Part shown: in pieces, positions 10,051 to 19,475 of the stretch
How positions within the stretch are numbered: position 1 is the first letter of the stretch
Layout of the letters: each line of letters starts with the position of its first letter
NCBI GenBank assembly: GCA_910583945.1
Contig: CAJTYF010000003.1
Location: forward strand, 3,466-67,465
Direction: 5' to 3'
DNA: 64,000 nucleotides
Source: an uncultured Bacilli bacterium
Lineage (GTDB): Bacteria; Bacillota_I; Bacilli_A; RF39; UBA660
Program-made: the position numbers and the translations under genes
Notes under the pieces: generated by a model
What the model saw: only the letters and a program-made list of their open reading frames with translations
Databases searched by the model: none
What the model was told of the DNA's origin: nothing

Positions 10051-10587
10051 CTATTTGACATGAATTATGCCATAATTTCCATCTTTTCTTTTATATAAAA
10101 TTGACGTACACTCTTCATTACTATTTTTAAAGACAAAAAAGTCATGCCCTAATAATTCGTATTGCAAAATTGCTTCTTCTTCGTCCATCGGTTTAGAATT
10201 AATATTTTTGATTTTTACTATTTTTGACTCATTTTTTTCTTCCTTGTCTATTTCGTAATCAAAATTCAAATCTATTGCTTCTTGGCTTTTATATTTATTT
10301 TTAATTCTAGTTTTATTTTTTCTTATTTGTCTTTCTAGTTTATCAATGACTAAATCTAAACTTGTGTATAAATCTTCGCTTCTTTCTTCAGCCCGAATGG
10401 TAAATTGTTTGGTAGGAATCGTTACCTCGATTTTTTGAGATAAATTGTTTACTTTAATGTTCACGACAATATTAATCGTTTCTGGAGAATCAAAATATTT
10501 ATCCAGTTTACTTAATTTTGAAGTCACTTGTTCTCTTATAGCGTCTGTAATAGAGACTTTGTCTCCCCTAATAGTTATATTCATCAA
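10051..10587 (-). CDS. hpf: Ribosome hibernation-promoting factor (long form)
   Basis: MMNITIRGDKVSITDAIREQV..KLDKYF is typical of HPF/YvyD, and a C-terminal dimerisation domain is present. Confidence 0.85.
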   Translation of the reverse strand: MMNITIRGDKVSITDAIREQVTSKLSKLDKYFDSPETINIVVNIKVNNLSQKIEVTIPTKQFTIRAEERSEDLYTSLDLVIDKLERQIRKNKTRIKNKYKSQEAIDLNFDYEIDKEEKNESKIVKIKNINSKPMDEEEAILQYELLGHDFFVFKNSNEECTSILYKRKDGNYGIIHVK

Positions 10588-10681
10588 TACACCTTCCTTT
10601 GAATTTTATTATAACATGGAACCTACTTATTTTGTAAAATTAATTTATTATCTTTCTTATTGAATAACATTAAATTATTTT

Positions 10682-11870
10682 TTAACCTAATAGAAATCTT
10701 GGACGAATGCCATATGAATCGGCAGCTCCATTGCTAAAAGATCCACCAGTACTACTGACAATAGCAAAAGAAGGCTTATATGTTACGTTCTTAAGCCAAT
10801 AATTAAACCTTACAGTTGCATTGGTTTCTGGGTTAATATAACTGTTAATATATTCGGGTTTAAGTTGAAAAATTGCATATTGTCTATTGTCTATTCCTGT
10901 ATCACGCATATTTGAAGAAGCAACTGGTGCTCCATAAACATTCATTTCACTCATCAAATCAATTTCTCGTTCAAACCATGCCCATTCACTAGAAGCTCCA
11001 CTACCGCTTGTTCCCATTCCTGAACTTATACTTTCAGTACTCATTTTTGTTGTTAATATATTTCTGTATTTTAAAACATGACTATCTCCAAAAATATTTT
11101 TAATAATTATTAATTGCTTTAATAATATTTCTGACACCATTTTACTTCCCATGTAGGCTTGATAACCTTCGATATTAATAGTGAGGGTACTATGGGTATC
11201 ATTCATTGAAGCGTTGCCTAAAGTCGTTGCGGGTATTATTGTTGCATGATGTTTGGTAAGTGGCGTATCTCCACTATATAAATAATTATCAATATCGGCT
11301 ATTAACCAAATGTATTCTTTTCCATCAGTATGAATCGTTTTTATATAATCACCGACATATATGTCTTCAAAACTTCCATTACTGATTCTTGTATATAAAC
11401 TTCCATCTGTATAATAACGAGTTATATCTTTTCCTCGATACGTATTTCGATGTAACGCTTTTCCTGCTTCAATGTATTTATTGTATTCTTCTTCACTTAA
11501 TCCACTTGTAAACTCGACGTTGCATTTTGATTCACTGCTGACATTGTTTAATACTAAGTTCCAATTGTTATAATCCCATTCCCCAAACGTTCCATTCGTA
11601 CAATGCAAATTTGTTTTATATAACCCTCTTTCTGGAATACTTTCGCTTTTTTTATCATCAATGACGACAGAAAGCATTTTAATATCATAACCAAATTCAG
11701 GAATTTTTCCTTTTAATACATTAAAACTTTTCTTCATAGAAAGCAAACGTTTTATATAACGTGATACTTCCTATTATTAGTAGTATTCCTACTATAGAAT
11801 AAATGATTTTTTTATTCTTTTTGTTTCTGGTAAACCTTTCTAGTTGGTTATTAGTTTCTAATAACCCCAT
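10682..11870 (-). pseudogene. Surface-protein family copy 1, with the N-terminal signal-anchor frameshifted away from the body
   Basis: The body (10682..11746) is about 90% identical in DNA to copies 2-4. The upstream segment encodes MGLLETNNQLERFTRNKKNKKIIYSIVGILLIIGSITLYKTFAFYEEK but runs into a stop. GAAGAAAAG-TTTT here replaces GAAGAAAAGAAAAG-TTTT in the other copies, so one AAAAG unit is lost. Confidence 0.5.
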
Positions 11871-11998
11871 TCTTAAATTTAATCTTTTTCATTTTCTTTT
11901 TTCCTTCCTTATTAAATTTATTTCATAACCAAACAAAGTTCTTTACCTTATTTGTAATTCAATTATAATCAATTTATTCTATTTAAACAAGAAAAAAA
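11800..11998 (-). repeat. Conserved leader cassette copy A (about 190 bp; promoter, RBS and 5' coding start of the surface-protein family)
   Basis: It is near-identical to 36060-36235, 56000-56200 and 63130-63330. Confidence 0.8.
11962..11990 (-). promoter_or_regulatory. Sigma-A-type promoter of surface-protein copy 1 (TTGTTT-17-TATAAT)
   Basis: The reverse complement of 11985-11990 gives TTGTTT and of 11962-11967 gives TATAAT, with an exact 17-bp spacer. It is conserved in all four leader copies. Confidence 0.5.
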
Positions 11999-12001
11999 CT
12001 A

Positions 12002-12214
12002 CTATACAGTAGTTAAAGTAGCAGTAGTAACATCCACAGCTTGAAGACCTTTAGACGTTTCAATCAATTTAAAGTCTACTATATCTCCTTCTTTTAAAGT
12101 TTTGAAACCTTCTTTAGAAATAGCAGAATAATGAACAAAGATATCTTCTAAATCGCTGCATTCAATGAATCCATAACCTTTATCGTTATTAAACCATTTG
12201 ACTTTTCCACGCAT
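12002..12214 (-). CDS. cspA: Cold-shock protein (CspA family)
   Basis: MRGKVKWFNNDKGYGFIE.. The strong RBS GAGGAAGAAGGAGAGGTG precedes the Met at 12214. The longer 99-aa ORF is an upstream read-through extension. Confidence 0.85.
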   Translation of the reverse strand: MRGKVKWFNNDKGYGFIECSDLEDIFVHYSAISKEGFKTLKEGDIVDFKLIETSKGLQAVDVTTATLTTV

Positions 12215-12481
12215 TTTTAACACCTCTCCTTCTTCCTCACAACTTAACAATACCACTAGAAAATCTTGCGTACAACAAAATACGTTCGACAAATTTTGCA
12301 TCTAAAAAAATAAGCAATTTCTTTGTCCGATATTGTCTAAAAATAAGTATTTATTGTTCTGTTTTTTCACAATTTTATTTTTAAAAATAAATCAAATATT
12401 TTTAAGCAATTAAAATTACAATTAAAAAAAACAGCATTTTAAAAAAATAAATAAATGTTATGATTTTGGTGAAGGTGATTT

Positions 12482-13078
12482 ATGAAAGAAGTATTCGTCA
12501 ATCGTTCTTTAACCTATTTGATAAAGAATAACGCTTGTAAAAACGATCAAGTTAATACTTTTCGATATGTTTTAGAATCTTTGTACTCGCTTGTTTCAAA
12601 AACAGGTGCAGTTCTCATAATTTCTATTTTTCTAAATACTTTTAAAATTACTTTCATTTCTTTGCTTTTATTTTCTATATTAAGAGGGTTCACTTTTGGA
12701 ATACACGCTTCAAAAAATGCCTATTGTTGGATTACAACTATTGGGATTTACAGTATTTTTCCATTTTTAATACAAAGAATAAATATGACGAAAGAGTTCA
12801 TTACTATTTGCTATTTAACAGTTTTTCTTTCCATTTTATTCTTTTCTCCAAGTGATACGCCAAAGAGACCTCTTATTAACAAAAGAAAAAGAAGAGTCAA
12901 TAAAATTATTTCTCTTGGAATTGGAATCATTTATATGTTATTAAGTTTTTTTATAAACACTAATGATTTTTATAAAATTGTCTGTTTCATATTTATGTTA
13001 ACAAGTGTTTGTATTAATCCTTTAACTTATAAAATATTTAAAGTTCCTTATAATAATTATAAAAATTATTATAGTTAA
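12482..13078 (+). CDS. agrB: Accessory gene regulator B (AgrD-processing membrane peptidase)
   Basis: 198 aa and polytopic. GFTFGIHASKNAYCW supplies the AgrB catalytic His/Cys pair. A basic loop PKRPLINKRKRRVNK resembles S. aureus AgrB KKKPIPVRLIKRKK. Confidence 0.75.
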   Translation: MKEVFVNRSLTYLIKNNACKNDQVNTFRYVLESLYSLVSKTGAVLIISIFLNTFKITFISLLLFSILRGFTFGIHASKNAYCWITTIGIYSIFPFLIQRINMTKEFITICYLTVFLSILFFSPSDTPKRPLINKRKRRVNKIISLGIGIIYMLLSFFINTNDFYKIVCFIFMLTSVCINPLTYKIFKVPYNNYKNYYS

Positions 13079-13134
13079 TATTGGTTTAAATTAATTGAAT
13101 AGATGATTTAAACAAGGAGAGGAGGAGTGTGATT

Positions 13135-13254
13135 ATGGCTAATGTATTTGCAAATGTTTTATCATTTTTAGCTGGAATTGTTAACAATGGCGTTTCAACT
13201 TTTACTTTATTTGGAACTTGGGCTGAAGAAGAATGTCCTAAAGAAATGCTTTAA
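13135..13254 (+). CDS. agrD: AgrD-like autoinducing-peptide precursor (39 aa; not in the ORF track)
   Basis: The strong RBS AAGGAGAGGAGGAG is followed by an ATG at 13135. The product is MANVFANVLSFLAGIVNNGVSTFTLFGTWAEEECPKEML. It has an amphipathic N-terminal leader and an acidic C-terminal tail EEECPKEML that aligns with the S. aureus AgrD tail DEVEVPKEL. It lies immediately 3' of agrB. Confidence 0.6.
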   Translation: MANVFANVLSFLAGIVNNGVSTFTLFGTWAEEECPKEML

Positions 13255-13261
13255 TTAATTA

Positions 13262-13296
13262 AAGCACGTCGTTTACTATTAACGTGCTTTTTTTAT
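13262..13296 (+). terminator. Rho-independent terminator after agrD; it overlaps the 3' end of the convergent agrC
   Basis: AAGCACGTCG..CGTGCTT is followed by TTTTTTT. Confidence 0.6.
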
Positions 13297-14553
13297 TTGT
13301 AAATCTATATAATAAATATCATTAATTATAGTAATTTTCTCTTTTACTAATTTATTTTTCTTAATAGAAAATAATCCTAAACCACTTCCACGATTTTTAG
13401 TTGAATAATACTTATTTCCAATTCTATCAATATCAATGCAATTTTTAAAAGTATTACCAATTTTGATGCAAACGTTATCTTTATTTTCATAAATATCCAT
13501 AGTAATTACTGGATTTTCTGTCTCCTCACAAGCTTCAATTGCATTATCTAAAGCTATTCCTAAGCATTCAGAAATACTATTAAACGCTTGAGGTGACAGT
13601 TTACTAAAATAGTCTGTTTTAATTTTATTGTGAATCATAATATCGTAGTCTTTATTATATAATTTTTCAGCAACTATACCTTTAATTCCATTGGGAACAT
13701 TATAAATATTATTATTTCTTACACTAAAAGTTGTTTCTTTGTTTAATAAATCTTCAATTAAAGCATTTATCTTTTTATTCCCAAAAGCTTTCATACCAGA
13801 AAGTTTATGATTTATATTATGTTTATAAATTTTATATTCATCTAAAAATTTTGCATATTTACTATTGTATTCTATTAATTTATGATTAGAATTTGTTAAA
13901 ATTTCCTCGTGATATCTTAACCGAATTATATCTGTAAATAAGTATATAAAAATAATAAATATTAAAACTAAAAGTGTTATCGAATCTTTATTTCCAAAAT
14001 TTTGTACATTAAATGTTGATATTAGTGCAATACTTAAAAATAGCAAAATAATAGTATTTTTTATGGCATTATTCTTTAGGAAATAATTAATAATATTATG
14101 AAAAAATTTATTTATAAAGGGTATCAAAATTAATAAATATTGAATTACGCAAACTGAAAAATTTAAAAGTACATTTATTAAATTTAGTGAATTAGCTGTT
14201 TCATTATTTTTAAGAATACCACCTAGTAGTAAAATATTCGTTAATAATATTTCTATAAGTATAATTAAAGCATAAAGCAAAACATAGTTTATAATTATTT
14301 TTTTATATTGGTCATTAAAAACAAGTTTTAATTCACAACTAAATATAATGATGTTTAAAAATAGTTTAATTACAATAATATTAAAATTGTTATTTAACAT
14401 TATGAGTATTACAGCCACTAACATAATTAGTATGTTTTTCAAATTTATATTTATTTTATGATTGTTCAATTTCGCATAACATAGATTATAAAAAATCAAG
14501 CTTATAAAGATTATTAATACAAAACTAAGAGAGTTAATTATTGCATTCATCAT
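13279..14553 (-). CDS. agrC: AgrC-like membrane sensor histidine kinase (HPK10 family)
   Basis: The N-terminal half is multi-TM. The C-terminal HATPase_c has N/G boxes (LGIALDNAIEA.., NRGSGLGLFSIKK). It is translationally coupled to the LytTR regulator upstream. Confidence 0.7.
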   Translation of the reverse strand: MMNAIINSLSFVLIIFISLIFYNLCYAKLNNHKININLKNILIMLVAVILIMLNNNFNIIVIKLFLNIIIFSCELKLVFNDQYKKIIINYVLLYALIILIEILLTNILLLGGILKNNETANSLNLINVLLNFSVCVIQYLLILIPFINKFFHNIINYFLKNNAIKNTIILLFLSIALISTFNVQNFGNKDSITLLVLIFIIFIYLFTDIIRLRYHEEILTNSNHKLIEYNSKYAKFLDEYKIYKHNINHKLSGMKAFGNKKINALIEDLLNKETTFSVRNNNIYNVPNGIKGIVAEKLYNKDYDIMIHNKIKTDYFSKLSPQAFNSISECLGIALDNAIEACEETENPVITMDIYENKDNVCIKIGNTFKNCIDIDRIGNKYYSTKNRGSGLGLFSIKKNKLVKEKITIINDIYYIDLQIKKAR

Positions 14554-15268
14554 AGCTTTCTAACTCCTTTTTGAATTTTTTAGATAGCATGTTTACTCTT
14601 TTTCCAGTATCTAATTCAAAAGCACTGTTTTTCCAATCGTAGGATTGAACTCGTTCAGTATTGGCAATGCAAGCACGATGAACAATTTTAAAACGGCTAT
14701 CTAAGTATTTCATACAATCAGTAATACTTAGGTAAAGTGCATAACTGGTTTTATCCGTGTTAATAATAATTTTTCTAGCTTCTTTATCTCTATAAATATG
14801 AGTAATGGAGCGATAAAAAATACGAAGGCTTAAGTCTCGACTGTCATATTTAAACATACGTTTATCATAATTACGGTTAATAATAAGTTTAATATCTTTC
14901 TTTAGCTTTTTATCAAAGTCATGAAATTTTTCAATAAAGTCAAAAACTTCATAAACATTTCTATAAGCTGTTTCAAACATTTTGTCATGATGCGTCGTAA
15001 ATATGATTTCACTTTCCCAATCTGTTTTTCGAATAAATTTAGCTATATCAATTCCACTTACTCTTGTTTCTAATTCAATATCCATAATATAGATTTTTCT
15101 TTCGGATGTGTCCATAATGATTTCTTTAAGTTCATTCGTAAATTTTGTAAAATAACAAATTCTAATATTAGAATCTTTAAATATATCCATTTCTCTTAAT
15201 ATCTTTTTAATTGTAAATTGAGTATTTCTATCATCTTCTACCACAATAATCTTAAACATATAAATCAC
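14534..15268 (-). CDS. agrA: AgrA-like response regulator with a LytTR DNA-binding domain
   Basis: Receiver domain (VVEDD...MDIELE) plus C-terminal LytTR (FKIVHRACIANTERVQSYD). Confidence 0.75.
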   Translation of the reverse strand: MIYMFKIIVVEDDRNTQFTIKKILREMDIFKDSNIRICYFTKFTNELKEIIMDTSERKIYIMDIELETRVSGIDIAKFIRKTDWESEIIFTTHHDKMFETAYRNVYEVFDFIEKFHDFDKKLKKDIKLIINRNYDKRMFKYDSRDLSLRIFYRSITHIYRDKEARKIIINTDKTSYALYLSITDCMKYLDSRFKIVHRACIANTERVQSYDWKNSAFELDTGKRVNMLSKKFKKELESYDECNN

Positions 15269-15329
15269 CCTTTTCTTAGTTCGCTATTTGCAATTATATC
15301 ATAAAATTGCTAAAAAAAATACAAAAAGT

Positions 15330-15932
15330 TTATTTTTTTTTGTATTCTTCTAAAATAAATTTTTGATGAAATTCGGGAAAAGTAGCAATAATGTTGTCAT
15401 GATGATTTAATTCTTCAACAATAGCGGGAATGTTTTCATCATTACCAAATATAATCATTCGTTTTGATTTATAAATTGTTGTGAATAAGTGACTAATGGT
15501 CTTTAGAGTGTTGTTATTAAATAGAATTTTGTTTACTCTCAAGGTATCAAGCTTATTCTTTTTAAAATAGTAATAATCTAAATAATGATGATTTATGTTT
15601 AAGTAACTTTTATTTTTATCGATTTTTAAAACGTTTTCAATGTTTATTACTTCAATTTTTCGAAAATAATCGTTAAAGATATCCAGGTATTTTTCTAATA
15701 TTACGGGATTTAAAGCAATCGGTTTTATAAACGTTAGTTTATGACCAAATAAAGAGAGGTGAATATGAAATTCACGAAAAAAATGATCTAATTCTTTAGA
15801 AAATAATGGACTGTTAATTAGTTGATCTTTTTTTAAACTTTTAAATCTTTTATTATAGATTTTATTTTTTTTTAGATCTAACAATAAAAATTCATCATCA
15901 TTTATTGCTATTGCAAAATGGGATTTGGACAT
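15330..15932 (-). CDS. Hypothetical protein
   Basis: 200-aa ORF with coding-like composition; no recognisable motif. Confidence 0.4.
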   Translation of the reverse strand: MSKSHFAIAINDDEFLLLDLKKNKIYNKRFKSLKKDQLINSPLFSKELDHFFREFHIHLSLFGHKLTFIKPIALNPVILEKYLDIFNDYFRKIEVINIENVLKIDKNKSYLNINHHYLDYYYFKKNKLDTLRVNKILFNNNTLKTISHLFTTIYKSKRMIIFGNDENIPAIVEELNHHDNIIATFPEFHQKFILEEYKKK

Positions 15933-15936
15933 AAAA

Positions 15937-16191
15937 TCATCTCACTTTTTTAGTATATTTTTGTTTTGTTGTTTCTCCTCCTTTGATATGGCGGATGGAT
16001 ACGTTTTTTTTAATAATTTCTCTTACTAATCTATAGTTTTTTGGAGAAATTATTTTTAATCTTTCTTGTAAATCTTTATGAACGGTACTTTTACTAATAT
16101 TAAACCGTTTGGCCACTTCTCTAATTGTTACACCTGTTTGAATTATGTAAGCTGCCTCTTTTGTTACTCTGTTTTTTATAAATTGATCCAT
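15937..16191 (-). CDS. spoIIID: Sporulation transcriptional regulator SpoIIID
   Basis: VAKRFNISKSTVHKDLQERL...SIRHIKGGETTKQKY closely matches B. subtilis SpoIIID. Confidence 0.85.
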   Translation of the reverse strand: MDQFIKNRVTKEAAYIIQTGVTIREVAKRFNISKSTVHKDLQERLKIISPKNYRLVREIIKKNVSIRHIKGGETTKQKYTKKVR

Positions 16192-16243
16192 TTATTTAAA
16201 CAACCCCTTTATAAAACATATTTTATTGAAGGGGCGTCTATTC

Positions 16244-16909
16244 TTAATTTAATTCATCTAAATTCATTGTGTAAAATTTTTCAGGATTTAATACCGATCC
16301 ATTATAATTGACTTCAAAAAGAATGGAATTTGATTCTGAACAGAATTTGTTTGTTGTACTTTTTCCAATCACATCTTTTTGATTAATTGCGTCATTCACT
16401 TTAAGATTAACATCTTTTAAACCATAATAGATGGTTGTTAAGTTATTATTATGAGAAACGTATACAACGGTATTTAGGATTTCATCTTGTTTGATGTCAA
16501 TAACTGTTCCGTCTAAAACAGCGACACAATCAAACTCTTCAGCATTGGAGTATACGACACCACTGTTTGGCAAATACGTATTTTCATAATAAATTAATGA
16601 TTGTTGTTGTTCTTCTACAGAAGCATCTTTATCATAGAAAGATTTTGCTAATTTAACCGATTCGTTTGTATAGGGTTTTATGATGCTTACTTTTTCTTCT
16701 ACTGTATCGACAACGGGGGTAACATTATCTATAATTGGGTTCACTACATAACTGTCTTCGACTTCGTTGGTTGGTTTTAAATTTTTTATAATGCTTAGAC
16801 TTGATAATAATATTGTAGTAATACAAATTATAAATAGTGTTGGTTTGACAAAACTTTTTAATTTTCTTTTCGTCACTTTCTTCACCTTCCTAGTAGGTAG
16901 TTTCTCCAA
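16244..16909 (-). CDS. SpoIIQ-like membrane protein with a degenerate LytM/M23 domain
   Basis: It has an N-terminal TM. A C-terminal M23-like segment is present (VYVSHNNNLTTIYYGL..DVIGKS). It sits in the conserved spoIID-spoIIQ-spoIIID arrangement seen in Clostridia. Confidence 0.45.
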   Translation of the reverse strand: MEKLPTRKVKKVTKRKLKSFVKPTLFIICITTILLSSLSIIKNLKPTNEVEDSYVVNPIIDNVTPVVDTVEEKVSIIKPYTNESVKLAKSFYDKDASVEEQQQSLIYYENTYLPNSGVVYSNAEEFDCVAVLDGTVIDIKQDEILNTVVYVSHNNNLTTIYYGLKDVNLKVNDAINQKDVIGKSTTNKFCSESNSILFEVNYNGSVLNPEKFYTMNLDELN

Positions 16910-16921
16910 AAAGAAAAAGTT

Positions 16922-17863
16922 TTATACTATTTTTTTTATTGAAATGTCTTTATAGTAATGGTTTAAAATTTCTTTATAATTGTAGCCTTCTTTTGCCATG
17001 CCATTGGCTCCATATTGACTCATGCCCACACCATGTCCATAGCCTTTCGTTGTAACGGTTATTGTATCTTTTAAATCTATTGTGAAGTCGGTGCTTCTTA
17101 AGTTTAGTTTTTTTCGAATTTCTGTCCCTTTAAATTCTTGATTGTTAATGGTCATGGTTTTTATGCGATGAGTATTTGTGTAAGTCGTGTTATTAATAAT
17201 TAGATTTTGACAATTGGTGATGCCTAATTTTGTACAAAAATCTTCTTTGGTAAAAGTAGTGGTCACTGTAAAATTATTTAAAGATTCGTTATCCCATTTT
17301 GAGGACACAGATTCAATGTAAGGAAGTGATTCACTAAAGACAAAAGAAGCGTCTTCCGTATATCCATTACTCATAGAGAAATAAAATGATTCAATGATTT
17401 CGTCCTGATAAAACATCGCTTCATCTTTCGTTTCATGAACCGCTTTGGTTATTTTTTCTAAATAACGGTCATATCCTTCTTGCCATTTTTCTTTCATTTC
17501 ATCTTTGGTGATGTATGCTTGGTTTGAGATATCCGCTAAGATATCATAATTCTCGTTTTTATTTGTTTTTATTTTATAAAGCGCATAGGTACGTGAGGCA
17601 ACGGCTTGAGCTTTTAAGGCTTCTTCATGGAAAGATGCGGGAATTTCAGCGGCAAGAACGCCAATTAGGTATTCTTCTAGATTTAGTTTTTCTAATTGAT
17701 TGTCTGTTGTTTTGACGGTTATTTTTTTTTCTTCCTCTTCTTTAAAAAAAGAGTGATCTGTTTTTTTAGTACAAATCACTACAATATTTATTAAACTTAA
17801 AATAATTACTACTCCTAATAGTATTTTATTTTTCATAGTTCTCCTTATATTACTTTGCTCCAC
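16922..17863 (-). CDS. spoIID: Stage II sporulation protein D (SpoIID/LytB family)
   Basis: N-terminal TM plus a SpoIID domain (..ESFYFSMSNGYTEDASFVF..). Confidence 0.8.
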   Translation of the reverse strand: MEQSNIRRTMKNKILLGVVIILSLINIVVICTKKTDHSFFKEEEEKKITVKTTDNQLEKLNLEEYLIGVLAAEIPASFHEEALKAQAVASRTYALYKIKTNKNENYDILADISNQAYITKDEMKEKWQEGYDRYLEKITKAVHETKDEAMFYQDEIIESFYFSMSNGYTEDASFVFSESLPYIESVSSKWDNESLNNFTVTTTFTKEDFCTKLGITNCQNLIINNTTYTNTHRIKTMTINNQEFKGTEIRKKLNLRSTDFTIDLKDTITVTTKGYGHGVGMSQYGANGMAKEGYNYKEILNHYYKDISIKKIV

Positions 17864-18042
17864 TCTATAAAATCTAAGATAAAATTCGTTAAGAGATAAG
17901 CTAAGACTAAACTTACAATCATGGCTAAGAGTTGTGTTTCTAATCCTTTATTTTTACGTATGATTTTTTCAAAATTAATAGCACTGGTTGCAAAAATACA
18001 TAAAAGGATATTAAAAGCATAAATCATTAGCTTATAGTTCAT
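17845..18042 (-). CDS. Small hydrophobic hypothetical protein
   Basis: 65 aa with two predicted TM segments; weak support. Confidence 0.25.
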   Translation of the reverse strand: MNYKLMIYAFNILLCIFATSAINFEKIIRKNKGLETQLLAMIVSLVLAYLLTNFILDFIEWSKVI

Positions 18043-18487
18043 TATATTCGCCTTGTTCGTATTTTATGATTTTATTTACTCTTCTTTTGTGACGATCATC
18101 GTTTAATACTTCAGCTTTTAAAAAAGCTTCAATGTATTTTTTTATGTTTTCCATACCGTCGGTATAATTAAACGTCATCACGTTCGCTCCATTATCGTTA
18201 CGACAAAGGGTAGCGTCTTCTACAGAGTTTATTTTTGCACAACGGATGCCTTTCACTTTATTAGCGGCGATTGACATGCCTATTCCGGTTCTACATACTA
18301 ATATACCTATTTCAGCTTCTTTTTCAACAACTTTATGACACACTTTAAAAGCAAAGTCTGGGTAATCGTCAGTAGGAGTATTTTCGGGACTACAATCTAT
18401 GATTTCATAGTTTTTATTTTTTAAAAATTCAATGACTTCTTTCTTATATTCTACACCCCTGTGATCACTTGCAATGGCTATTTTCAT
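18032..18487 (-). CDS. rpiB: Ribose-5-phosphate isomerase B (RpiB/LacAB family)
   Basis: MKIAIASDHRGVEYK..GILVCRTGIGMSIAANKVKGIRCA. Confidence 0.85.
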   Translation of the reverse strand: MKIAIASDHRGVEYKKEVIEFLKNKNYEIIDCSPENTPTDDYPDFAFKVCHKVVEKEAEIGILVCRTGIGMSIAANKVKGIRCAKINSVEDATLCRNDNGANVMTFNYTDGMENIKKYIEAFLKAEVLNDDRHKRRVNKIIKYEQGEYNEL

Positions 18488-19431
18488 TCTTCAATTTTCC
18501 TTTCAATTTCTTTTAGTATTGGTAATATACCAACTTTTTTGTCGCTATGAGTTGAGAGTTGGTATAGATAGTAACTCGGTATGGCATTTACTCCAATCAG
18601 TGAACATTTATCTTCTAATACGCACACAGACCATTCTATGTAGCCTAAAAATGGAATTTCTAAACTCGCTGTCTCACACAAAGTTTTAGCTATTTCCCAT
18701 TTTGGAATTTTTATCCCTTTGATTTGCTTATTGGTAATAGGGTGTTTTGTGTAAGTGTTTAATTTAGAGTCTACAGCTGGGTAGTCAATTTTTCCACTAT
18801 TTACATTTATCTCAGCAATTAAGCTGTCTTTAAAAAAATTTATTTGTTTATTTTTATTTCCTATTTCTAAAACAGCCATAGAAGTCTTTCCCAAGAATGT
18901 TACTATTTTTACTACATTTATGGAATTTGGTTGTAATCGCTCTAATGTTTTACAAATTTTCAAGTCGTTTTCAATGACTGCGGAACTATAATCCATTAAT
19001 TTATCATAAAGTTTTCTTAAAACTTGATTCGATGTATTGATTGTTTTTTGCTTATTGCTTTGTCTTACAATAATAGTAGTATGTTTATGACAAAATTCTT
19101 TAAATGTATTAAAGTCGGTTTTTCGTAATTCTAACCATTCTCTATTTAATTCTTTATTAAATAATTTATTAAATTCAATACGATTCTTTAAATTGACTTT
19201 ATGTTTATAATTGTTATATTTTCTTATGTATTCTTTATTTATCCCCTCAGTCATATAAGTCTTTCTTTCAAATTTTGTTTTTTTATAAAATTGAAATAAA
19301 TGATAATCTCTTATGGAGACTAAATATTTTCTTTTACATGTTAAAATATCTTTAATTATTTTAAAGTAAGATTTATTAGAACTTAAATGTATTTCTTTAA
19401 TTCGATTGATTGTGTCTTTTATGTTTTTCAT
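18484..19431 (-). CDS. Hypothetical protein, possibly ATP-grasp-like
   Basis: The C-terminal IPFLGYIEWSVCVLEDK.SLIGVNAIPS resembles the ATP-grasp E-x-N-x-x-P region; weak. Confidence 0.3.
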   Translation of the reverse strand: MKNIKDTINRIKEIHLSSNKSYFKIIKDILTCKRKYLVSIRDYHLFQFYKKTKFERKTYMTEGINKEYIRKYNNYKHKVNLKNRIEFNKLFNKELNREWLELRKTDFNTFKEFCHKHTTIIVRQSNKQKTINTSNQVLRKLYDKLMDYSSAVIENDLKICKTLERLQPNSINVVKIVTFLGKTSMAVLEIGNKNKQINFFKDSLIAEINVNSGKIDYPAVDSKLNTYTKHPITNKQIKGIKIPKWEIAKTLCETASLEIPFLGYIEWSVCVLEDKCSLIGVNAIPSYYLYQLSTHSDKKVGILPILKEIERKIEE

Positions 19432-19475
19432 GTTTTATTCCCATCATTTTCTCATCACTACGACAAAAAGCTGCA

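Noticed and set aside
12215..12301. N-terminal 29-aa extension of the cold-shock ORF (MQNLSNVFCCTQDF..).
   Set aside because: A strong RBS precedes the internal MRGKVKWF Met. Csp proteins are about 67-70 aa, so the extension is upstream read-through.
12302..12481. agrB upstream region scanned for AgrA-type LytTR direct repeats.
   Set aside because: Only weak ACA-containing half-sites (tACAATT...ACAGCAtt) were found, with no clear 9-bp repeat and 12-bp spacer pair. Not supportable by eye.
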